Shown: positions 1 to 6,809, numbered from the stretch's first letter. The stretch: 26,223 bases of DNA from Betaproteobacteria bacterium (GCA_043750335.1 JAYVBU010000249.1:1-26223); one strand, 5' to 3'. Numbers and translations are program-made. The notes: generated by a model from the letters alone, not told the origin.

Positions 1-260
1 TGGATGCCTGCGGGTGCATCCAGGATCAAATAATCGGTGCCATGCGGCGGTTTATTGAGATCGTCGTCGCGCGCATCCCAGCCGTGGATCGTGGGTAGCT
101 CGGCTGAGCGGATGGAGAGCCAATGCTGGCTGGATTGTTGGCGATCCATATCACCCAGGGTGACCGTATCACCGTGCCAAGCCAAAAAACCAGCTAGGTT
201 GGTTGATAAAGTAGTCTTGCCGCTGCCGCCTTTTGGATTGATCACCAAAATGGTTTGCAT
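1..260 (-). CDS. ParA/Soj-family ATPase (5' part; runs off window start)
   Basis: Not in the ORF track. Manual translation from ATG 260 (SD GGAGGGG upstream): MQTILVINPKGGSGKTTLSTNLAGFLA...GDMDRQQSS...YLILDAPAG. Shows deviant Walker A (KGGSGKTT), DxDxQ and Walker B (LILDAP). Confidence 0.88.
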   Translation of the reverse strand, partial: MQTILVINPKGGSGKTTLSTNLAGFLAWHGDTVTLGDMDRQQSSQHWLSIRSAELPTIHGWDARDDDLNKPPHGTDYLILDAPAGI

Positions 261-317
261 GAACCCCTCCCATCGTTATGGTTCGAGGATTGCCCCGTTG
301 GAACGCTTTTTCGAATA

Positions 318-917
318 CTACGATACTTCACGCCGCTCCAACACTGCTTGGGCTAATGTGCCGGTATCGGTGTGCTCCAGTTCCCCACCCACCGGCACAC
401 CGCGCGCGATACGGGTGACTTTGATACCGCGCTCTTTCATCACTTCGCCCAGGTAATGCGCGGTGGCTTCGCCTTCGACGGTGAAGTTGGTGGCGAGCAG
501 CACTTCTTTGACCACGCCGTCAGAGGCACGCTTGATGAGGCGCTCCAAATGCAGCTCTTTCGGGCCGATGCCATCTAAGGGCGAGAGCCGACCCATAAGC
601 ACGAAATACAGACCACGATAGACTTGGGTTTGCTCCATCATCATCAGATCGGCGGGCATCTCGATCACGCACAGGGTCGTCGTATCGCGATTGGCTGAGC
701 TGCACAAGTTGCACACTAAGTCTTCGGTGAAGCTGTTGCACTTTTGGCAATGCTGAATTTTAGACAGCGCGTTTGAAAGCCCGCTCACTAGCCGCGCCGC
801 ACCTTGGCGGTCGTGCTGCAAGAGGAAATAGGCCATGCGCTGCGCCGACTTCGGCCCCACCCCGGGCAAGCAGCGCAGGGATTCGATGAGGTCGTCGAGA
901 GTGGAAAGTATTTTCAC
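318..917 (-). CDS. recR: Recombination mediator RecR
   Basis: [13 protein letters not shown] HhH, C4 zinc finger (CQKCNSF...CNLC), Toprim segment, [11 protein letters not shown]. Start set at GTG 917 ([11 protein letters not shown]); the track's 10 extra residues run into the repeat at 932-1015. Confidence 0.97.
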   Translation of the reverse strand: MKILSTLDDLIESLRCLPGVGPKSAQRMAYFLLQHDRQGAARLVSGLSNALSKIQHCQKCNSFTEDLVCNLCSSANRDTTTLCVIEMPADLMMMEQTQVYRGLYFVLMGRLSPLDGIGPKELHLERLIKRASDGVVKEVLLATNFTVEGEATAHYLGEVMKERGIKVTRIARGVPVGGELEHTDTGTLAQAVLERREVS

Positions 918-931
918 TTTAGGTTTTTGGG

Positions 932-1015
932 AACCACGGATACACACGGATGAACACGGATAAAACTGCTAGGACTGCTTTTAACATCCATGCTTATCTG
1001 TGTTCATCCGTGGTT
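932..1015. repeat. 84-bp palindromic REP/MITE-like element: three 10-bp units, 24-bp spacer, three inverted units
   Basis: AACCACGGAT-ACACACGGAT-GAACACGGAT (932-961) and ATCCATGCTT-ATCTGTGTTC-ATCCGTGGTT (986-1015). The outer units are perfect reverse complements. Confidence 0.85.
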
Positions 1016-1024
1016 AACCAGCCT

Positions 1025-1351
1025 TTAAAACGGCATCTTAAAGCCAGGCGGCAAGCCCATGCCTGAGGTGAACGCGCCCATTTTTTCTTGGCTGGTCGCT
1101 TCAACCTTACGCACGGCGTCGTTCATGGCGGCGGCGACTAAATCTTCGAGCATGTCTTTGTCGTCGGCGAGCAGACTGGGGTCGATAGTCACGCGCTTCA
1201 CGTCATAGCGACAGGTCATGGTGACTTTGACCATGCCCGCGCCAGCTGCGCCTTCGACTTCTACAAAAGCGAGTTGCTCCTGCATTTTTTTCATGTTTTC
1301 TTGCATCATCTGGGCCTGTTTCATCAGACCACCTATGCCGCCTTTCATCAT
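1025..1351 (-). CDS. ybaB: YbaB/EbfC nucleoid-associated protein
   Basis: [44 protein letters not shown]; canonical dnaX-ybaB-recR order. Confidence 0.97.
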   Translation of the reverse strand: MMKGGIGGLMKQAQMMQENMKKMQEQLAFVEVEGAAGAGMVKVTMTCRYDVKRVTIDPSLLADDKDMLEDLVAAAMNDAVRKVEATSQEKMGAFTSGMGLPPGFKMPF

Positions 1352-1363
1352 GCTGCTCTCCTG

Positions 1364-2974
1364 CTATTGCTGTATGGGTTTAATGGTGGATTCGATCACT
1401 TTGGCGTCGAACTGCTCAACCAGCTCGCGCACAAAAGGGTCTTGTTCGATGGATTCGATGGCGCGTTGCTCGCGCTCTGCTTTTTGATTTTGCGATATTT
1501 GCACCGGCGTGGGGCCGGTGGTGACACCTAATTCAATATTTAATTTGATAGGACGACCGAAATATTCGGTAAGTGAATTTTTGAGTTTTTCTTGGTAAGG
1601 CTTTTCACCCAGGTGTTTGTGCGCGGGCGGCAAGGTGAGCATGAAGTTGTCGTTTTCCATGCCTTTTAATTCGCAGTGCTGCGCCAGCATCATCGCCATG
1701 CCGCCAAGTTTCAACTTGCCTACCAAGCTGATCCAATCGCCGTTGAATGCACTGGTGGCGACCACAGCAGGCGGCGCGATATAGGGTACGGCAGGTGGCG
1801 CTTGCACACGCGCTGCTGATACGGGCGTTACACCGGGGCTGGTTTTTTTTTGCGCTGAAGCCGCAGGCGCATTCGCAGTCAGCCCCGCTGCTTCTGGCCT
1901 GAACGACAGCATGCGCAACAGCGTCATGGTGAAGCCGGCATAGTCGTCGGGTGCTAAGTAAAGGTCTTTGCGCCCGTGCAGTACGATTTGATAATAAAGC
2001 TGCACCTCATCTACGCTAAAAGCTTTGGCCAGCGCTTCGATGCGGGCTTTCTCAAGCAGATCATCGGCTAGCGCTTCCGGCACCGTTTGTACCAAGGCGA
2101 TTTGGTGCAGCATCACGCCCATGTCTTGCAGCGCCGCATCAAAAGATAAACTGCGCGTGGCCATATTGTCGGCAACAGTCAGCAAGCCCGACCCGTCTTG
2201 ACGCGATAGCGCATCGAGCAAATCGAATAGATACGTTTGATCGACCGCGCCTAACATGGTGCGCACTTCGGCCTCTTGAATCTGCCCGCTGCCGTAGGCG
2301 ATAGCCTGATCGGTGAGACTCAGCGCATCGCGCATGGAGCCTTGGGCCGCGCGCGCGAGCAGACGTAGGGCGGGCACATCGAAAGGTACGCCCTCTTCTT
2401 TCAATACATTTTCCAGGTGGCCGATGATGGCATGCGCGGGCATCTGCCGCAGATTGAATTGCAGGCAGCGCGAGAGTACGGTGACTGGAATTTTTTGCGG
2501 GTCGGTGGTGGCAAGAATAAATTTCACATGTGCCGGTGGTTCTTCCAGCGTTTTGAGCATGGAGTTGAACGCCGCTTTGGACAGCATGTGCACCTCGTCG
2601 ATGAGATACACCTTGAAGCGGCCACTGGTGGGGGCGTATTGCGCGTTATCCAACACCTCTCGCATATTGTCGATGCCGGTATTGGATGCGGCATCGAGCT
2701 CGATCATATCCACATAGCGGCCACGATCAATCTCTGTACACGCCGCGCACACGCCGCACGGTTTGGAGGTGATACCCGTCTCGCAATTGAGGCACTTGGC
2801 GATGATGCGGCCCAGTGTGGTCTTGCCCACGCCGCGCGTGCCGGTGAGAAGATACGCGTGATGCAGACGGTTTTGATCCAGCGCGTTGGACAAGGCGCGC
2901 ACCACATGCTCTTGCCCCACCATGTCGGCGAAGTTTTTAGGGCGCCATTTGCGCGCGAGAACTTGATAGGTCAT
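1364..2974 (-). CDS. dnaX: DNA polymerase III subunit gamma/tau
   Basis: YQVLARKWRP, Walker A GTRGVGKTT, Zn module, DEVHMLS, KTLEEPP, SRC motif, Pro/Ala linker and C-terminal domain. Confidence 0.98.
   Translation of the reverse strand: MTYQVLARKWRPKNFADMVGQEHVVRALSNALDQNRLHHAYLLTGTRGVGKTTLGRIIAKCLNCETGITSKPCGVCAACTEIDRGRYVDMIELDAASNTGIDNMREVLDNAQYAPTSGRFKVYLIDEVHMLSKAAFNSMLKTLEEPPAHVKFILATTDPQKIPVTVLSRCLQFNLRQMPAHAIIGHLENVLKEEGVPFDVPALRLLARAAQGSMRDALSLTDQAIAYGSGQIQEAEVRTMLGAVDQTYLFDLLDALSRQDGSGLLTVADNMATRSLSFDAALQDMGVMLHQIALVQTVPEALADDLLEKARIEALAKAFSVDEVQLYYQIVLHGRKDLYLAPDDYAGFTMTLLRMLSFRPEAAGLTANAPAASAQKKTSPGVTPVSAARVQAPPAVPYIAPPAVVATSAFNGDWISLVGKLKLGGMAMMLAQHCELKGMENDNFMLTLPPAHKHLGEKPYQEKLKNSLTEYFGRPIKLNIELGVTTGPTPVQISQNQKAEREQRAIESIEQDPFVRELVEQFDAKVIESTIKPIQQ
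1843..1851 (-). other. A9 homopolymer in dnaX (candidate slippage/frameshift site)
   Basis: T9 on + strand; mRNA CAA AAA AAA ACC at codons 375-378, right after the clamp-loader domains. Confidence 0.5.
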
Positions 2975-3015
2975 GCCGACATTTTAACAGGCTGAAGGGC
3001 AGCTTAGCGCAGCGT

Positions 3016-3046
3016 AAGCCAGCAAGTTTTGCTAAAGCTGGCTTTT
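3016..3046. terminator. Stem-loop between ffs and dnaX (possible terminator)
   Basis: AAGCCAGC (3016-3023) / GCTGGCTT (3037-3044) followed by TT. The U-tract is better on + than on the ffs (-) strand. Confidence 0.35.
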
Positions 3047-3059
3047 AAGGAATGGGGGT

Positions 3060-3155
3060 GGCGAGCCTGACCCCCGGCACTTGCAATAAGCGGCTGTGGC
3101 TGCTTCCTTCCGGACCTGACCAGATTCACCACCTTGCAATGCGGGGAGGCCCGCC
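3060..3155 (-). ncRNA. ffs: Signal recognition particle RNA (4.5S, bacterial small SRP)
   Basis: Minus strand GGCGGGCCTCCCCGCATTGCAAGGTGGTGAATCTGGTCAGGTCCGGAAGGAAGCAGCCACAGCC...GGCTCGCC: conserved CAGGTCCGGAAGGAAGCAG core, complementary ends, 3' CCA; upstream of dnaX. Confidence 0.96.
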
Positions 3156-3187
3156 ATGAAGCTTCATGAAACATGAAGTGGGCCGCG

Positions 3188-3216
3188 ATAATCGCCGATC
3201 CACCTAGGGAAATCAA
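3188..3216 (-). promoter_or_regulatory. Putative sigma70 promoter of ffs
   Basis: TTGATT (3216-3211)-17 nt-GATTAT (3193-3188). Would give a ~25-nt leader, like an RNase P-processed pre-4.5S RNA. Confidence 0.4.
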
Positions 3217-4103
3217 GCTAAATCACAGCCCTGCATGCGGTCGTGATAGCGCGCCCGATAGATCACGCGCTTATGCTGCGGGCTGTCGTCGAAGCTGGTG
3301 CGGTCATGCAGCACGTTGTTGCAGATCAGGCCCATGCCGGGCGCTAAACGCACATGAAAAATATAGGGTGAATCGGCGGCGAGGATCGCTTCCAGCGCGG
3401 CCACGGCGGCTTTCACTTCGGGCGTGGCTTTCCACACGATGCTTTTACTGCGCGCGGTGTAGCGCATGTGCAGGCCGCCACTCTGGGGCAGCACCGAGAA
3501 TACCGGCCCGGTTTCTTCTGCGCGGGCGACGCCGCTCTCGTCCATGCGCGCGGGGATGGTCATCACATCCGGCTCACTCAGCGCACGAATAAAATTCGGA
3601 TTCTGGTCGCGCAGCAAGATATAGGCGATTTCATGATCGAGCAGGCGATTGTCGCCGCCCAGTTCTGCGCTCTGCACACAATGCAACAGCATGCCGCAGA
3701 TGCGGCGCTCGATGCCGTTGTAATAGCCGTCGGTGTGCCAGCGAATCGGTTTGTTGGTGTAGGGGATAAATTCGCTGCGGGGAGCATGCGTTTCTGCTGC
3801 CACGGTGAGCGTGGAAATCGCATCTTCATCGGCCAGCAAATTGTGGTCGAGGCTCTGCATGCCGAATTGTTCGCCCATGCGGCGCGGCAAATTTTTGTCT
3901 GCTTCGCTGTGCGCGCTGGCGTAGATCGCCATATTGGCGCGGCGGCAGCGATCCAAAATGGCAGCGTGTTCTAGCGGGGTGAGATGGCGCGGGTCGTCCA
4001 CCTCGACGATCAGCTCCTCAGCGCGCTGCGGATAGTGCGCCAGCTTGGCATCGCGCCACAGCCGGTAGGCAGTATCGTCTGCCAGATCGAAAGGGCGGGG
4101 CAT
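3213..4103 (-). CDS. TauD/TfdA-family 2-oxoglutarate/Fe(II) dioxygenase
   Basis: HxD motif (IRWHTDGYY), LHCVQSAELGGDN, distal His/Arg (ICNNVLHDR), C-terminal YRARY. Confidence 0.85.
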   Translation of the reverse strand: MPRPFDLADDTAYRLWRDAKLAHYPQRAEELIVEVDDPRHLTPLEHAAILDRCRRANMAIYASAHSEADKNLPRRMGEQFGMQSLDHNLLADEDAISTLTVAAETHAPRSEFIPYTNKPIRWHTDGYYNGIERRICGMLLHCVQSAELGGDNRLLDHEIAYILLRDQNPNFIRALSEPDVMTIPARMDESGVARAEETGPVFSVLPQSGGLHMRYTARSKSIVWKATPEVKAAVAALEAILAADSPYIFHVRLAPGMGLICNNVLHDRTSFDDSPQHKRVIYRARYHDRMQGCDLA

Positions 4104-4108
4104 GAGCC

Positions 4109-4690
4109 CTATTCCGCTTCCTGGCGCGGGAAAAAACCATTGATAAGCTTGGCAACCGTTTCAATTGCTTCCGGCGCCTGGAACTCGATAACTTGATCGA
4201 TGATCCAGGTTTGGTCGTGGGCTTCCATGCGATCACGCATCACATTGGCTAAATAGCGTTTGATCGCGTAATTCGGGGCTTGTGCTGGGAACTCGAAAGT
4301 CTCGTAATCCACGGTGCGGCGATTGAGAAAATCCAGAAACTCTTCTTGATAATCGCGCGGGTCATTGCCGCCAGTCACCAGATCGCGAATATTGGTCTCA
4401 ACAAATTCTCCCAATTTGACGCCCGCCGCACCGATCAAGGCGGTACGGCGTTCATCATCCACGCGCTCGAACAGCATGCGGTCAGCGATATGCAGCATGA
4501 AGGCACCCATTTCGGCGATGATGCCAAAGCCGCGCGCGGGGCCACCGATGTCGTAATCTGCCTTGGAAATATCGTCCACGGCTTTAGATGCCATTTTCCA
4601 GAAAGTCAGGGCGAGCACGCTCGCGGTTTCGTCTTCCGCGCGACCGGCATCTTTGCGAAACCATGTGGTTTTAATGCGTAATATGGCCAT
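4109..4690 (-). CDS. Hypothetical helical protein (193 aa), possible Cbp3/UQCC1-like fold
   Basis: Its ATG overlaps the upstream rhodanese stop (TAATG at 4690) and it ends 5 nt before the TauD ATG, so operonic. Fold call is pattern-level only. Confidence 0.8.
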   Translation of the reverse strand: MAILRIKTTWFRKDAGRAEDETASVLALTFWKMASKAVDDISKADYDIGGPARGFGIIAEMGAFMLHIADRMLFERVDDERRTALIGAAGVKLGEFVETNIRDLVTGGNDPRDYQEEFLDFLNRRTVDYETFEFPAQAPNYAIKRYLANVMRDRMEAHDQTWIIDQVIEFQAPEAIETVAKLINGFFPRQEAE

Positions 4691-5535
4691 TAATATCCTT
4701 TAGCCACCGGATGGGCGGGGTCGGCGACCCACTCGCTCCATGATCCGGCGTAGAGCTTGGAGCCGGGCATCCCAGCGATTTCCATCGCCAAAATATTATG
4801 GCAAGCGGTGACGCCAGAGCCACACATGTGGATCACTTGCGTTGGCTGCTTGCCATCCAATATATCGCCATATTGTTCGCGCAATTCTTCAGCCGTCGTC
4901 ATATTGCCCGCCATGCTGAGATTGTCGTCGAAGGGTACATTCACTGCGTGCGGCACATGGCCCGCAACAGGGTCGAGCGGCTCGATTTCACCGATGAAAC
5001 GCATCTCGGCGCGCGCATCGAGAATCAAACCTGATTGATTTTGCGACGCATCGTGCACGGCATCCGCGCCCACCAGCATGTCGCTGCGAATCTGCGGCAC
5101 AAATTGCTTGGGCGTGATCGACGGCGTCTCCGCTGCAAGTGTGCGTTGCTCGCGCCGCCATTTCGGCAGGCCGCCATCCAGCAAGGCCACGTTGTCGTGG
5201 CCCATCCAGCGCAGCATCCACCACAAACGTACTGCCATCGCGCCAAAACTGTCGTCATACACCACGACTTGGGTTTGCGCGTCGATGCCCCAGGCCCCGA
5301 GCGTATGCGCGAATACCTGCGGGTCAGGTAGTGGGTGACGTCCGTTATGGCCATTCTTAGGGCCAGATAAATCCCTATCCAGATGCGCGTAGCGCGCGCC
5401 GGGGATATGGCTCTGCACATAGGCTTTGCGCCCAGCTTCGGTCTCAGTGAGCGTAAAGCGGCAATCCACCACGACCCAATCCGGGTCGGTGAGGTGAAGT
5501 GCGAGTTGTTCTGTAGAAACGAGGGTGGTATGCAT
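4690..5535 (-). CDS. Double-domain rhodanese / SseA-type sulfurtransferase
   Basis: DCRF, YVQSHIPGARY, GRHPLP, LDGGLPKW, LILDARAEMRF, GHVPHA, catalytic loop HMCGSGVTAC, YAGSWSEW. Start set at ATG 5535 (MHTTLVS), 281 aa. Confidence 0.93.
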   Translation of the reverse strand: MHTTLVSTEQLALHLTDPDWVVVDCRFTLTETEAGRKAYVQSHIPGARYAHLDRDLSGPKNGHNGRHPLPDPQVFAHTLGAWGIDAQTQVVVYDDSFGAMAVRLWWMLRWMGHDNVALLDGGLPKWRREQRTLAAETPSITPKQFVPQIRSDMLVGADAVHDASQNQSGLILDARAEMRFIGEIEPLDPVAGHVPHAVNVPFDDNLSMAGNMTTAEELREQYGDILDGKQPTQVIHMCGSGVTACHNILAMEIAGMPGSKLYAGSWSEWVADPAHPVAKGY

Positions 5536-5546
5536 GTAGGTGAGGT

Positions 5547-5580
5547 GTGAGGCGTAAAGGGGAACCACTTTACGCCTCAC
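5547..5580. repeat. Perfect 13-bp inverted repeat (8-nt loop) between the DsrC paralogue and rhodanese
   Basis: GTGAGGCGTAAAG (5547-5559) / CTTTACGCCTCAC (5568-5580); no U-tract on the transcribed (-) strand. Confidence 0.85.
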
Positions 5581-5588
5581 CAACTACT

Positions 5589-5921
5589 TTAGTAGCCGCC
5601 CTTGCCGTACGGCTTAGGAAGTGCTGCTACGCGCACCGCTTGGCGCGCCGGTTGCATCGGAAACAAGTCATACAGTTTCTTTTTCCAATCCAGGCCGGGG
5701 TGCTCTTCATCCATTTCTTTGATGAAATTGCGGAAATTTGGCGTCTGTCCATCTTCTTTGTATTTGCGGCGCAGGAATTCAATCACCATCCAGTGCTCAT
5801 CGGTCAGCGTGATGCCTTCTTCCGCCGCGATCGCTTTTGGCGCTTCATTGTCGTAGTTTGGCTCGACTAAAAATTTCTCTTCGTCGTACTCGAAGTCTTC
5901 GCCATTAATCATGTAACCCAT
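5589..5921 (-). CDS. DsrC/TusE-family protein with no cysteines (RspA-like class)
   Basis: DEEKFL, LTDEHWMVIEFLR, LYDLFP, QAVRVAALPKP family motifs; ends PYGKGGY; zero Cys. Start ATG 5921 after SD AGAGGAG; 110 aa. Confidence 0.9.
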   Translation of the reverse strand: MGYMINGEDFEYDEEKFLVEPNYDNEAPKAIAAEEGITLTDEHWMVIEFLRRKYKEDGQTPNFRNFIKEMDEEHPGLDWKKKLYDLFPMQPARQAVRVAALPKPYGKGGY

Positions 5922-5964
5922 AAATGATCTCCTCTGATCCAAAAGTTAAACAAATACCCAAAAA

Positions 5965-6606
5965 TCAACTAACCGCCACGATTGACTTATGCGGAATAAA
6001 AATTCCGCAGCCAAGCTTGCGATTCGTTCCCAAACCTTCTTGCTGTATCTGCAAGGCATGCTCAATCGGCAAACCGTGCAGCATTAAACTGTAACCGTAT
6101 TCAACGCCTTGCGCGGTCGTCAGCGTTTGGCGCTTGCCGCAAATGAAGCGGCTATCAATGTTTTTTTCATCCAACAACCGGATCACATCCGCTGCAAAGG
6201 CTTTTTCATCGCTGCTGCCCGTCGTCACGCAATGTGCATATAAGGGCGTATGCCATGACAAAGCGCGTAATTTCCCGGCACCAATTTTAATAACATGATC
6301 GCTAATCGTAAATTCCTGGCCCGTCAGCTGCATCAACTCCGACACCCGTTCGCGTGGCGCGCGAATCATTAGCTTGCAGCGACGCCCCACCCGCAGATTG
6401 CCGTCACCCAAATTCGCTCCCTGAATCGGATGGATTCCCAACATCTCCACATCCCCTAGCCAGGGCATGAGTCCAGACAACGCCAAAAACAGGGCGTAAC
6501 CATGATCAACAGGCAACAATTCAGCCTGTAGATCGAATTGGATATCTGTGACCGCCGCAGCGTCTAAATCCGGTTTGACGAAATTATCGTCCGCAAGCCA
6601 GCCGAT
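5965..6606 (-). CDS. cas6: Orphan Cas6-like RAMP endoribonuclease (Cas6/Cmx6, MYXAN-subtype-like)
   Basis: C-terminal Gly-rich loop GLGTNRKLGCG fits GhGxxxxxGhG with K/R; LPVDHGYALF, GIHPI, GYSLMLHGL segments. The frame is open upstream of TTG 6519 to a TAA at 6651-6649; SD GGGAG at 6618-6614 precedes ATC 6606. Start is uncertain. Confidence 0.85.
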   Translation of the reverse strand: MGWLADDNFVKPDLDAAAVTDIQFDLQAELLPVDHGYALFLALSGLMPWLGDVEMLGIHPIQGANLGDGNLRVGRRCKLMIRAPRERVSELMQLTGQEFTISDHVIKIGAGKLRALSWHTPLYAHCVTTGSSDEKAFAADVIRLLDEKNIDSRFICGKRQTLTTAQGVEYGYSLMLHGLPIEHALQIQQEGLGTNRKLGCGIFIPHKSIVAVS

Positions 6607-6629
6607 GATGATGCTCCCGTTATCGTTAA

Positions 6630-6675
6630 AGCAGGCAGGGCAAACTACTTATGTTTTTCCAAAGCCACGCCTGCT
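6630..6675 (-). promoter_or_regulatory. Stem-loop in the cas6 leader
   Basis: Minus strand AGCAGGCG-U-GGC...GCC-C-UGCCUGCU: 7 WC + 1 GU pair, mismatch, 3 more GC pairs; ends 11 nt before the SD. Confidence 0.5.
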
Positions 6676-6696
6676 GATGTAAAATCTGAACCCCCT

Positions 6697-6726
6697 AAGA
6701 TAAACAATCAGGTAGGGGCAAATCAA
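6697..6726 (-). promoter_or_regulatory. Possible sigma70 promoter for the cas6 cassette, overlapped by CCCCTA-N15-TAGGGG inverted repeat (6692-6718)
   Basis: TTGATT (6726-6721)-18 nt-TATCTT (6702-6697). Confidence 0.3.
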
Positions 6727-6752
6727 GCCCTCTCAAGCCAGACTGCCAAATT

Positions 6753-6809
6753 AGGGTGTAGCTATACTCCTTTCGGGTAGTACGGGGCTAGCTACTCAGA
6801 ATGATAGTG
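6753..6809. promoter_or_regulatory. Array of NarL-like TACY half-sites between the divergent cas6 and dsrA promoters
   Basis: TACTCCT (6765-6771, matches TACYNMT), TACTCAG (6793-6799), inverted GGTAGTA (6776-6782), two TAGCTA palindromes 30 bp apart (6759, 6789). Confidence 0.45.

Noticed and set aside
3155-3178. CATGAA x3 and the ATGAAGCTTCAT palindrome upstream of ffs
   Set aside because: Falls in the predicted pre-4.5S leader; best explained as a leader hairpin, and too short to claim an operator.
2975-6606. Cassette as a mobile island integrated at ffs
   Set aside because: No integrase or transposase and no duplicated ffs end or flanking direct repeat seen.
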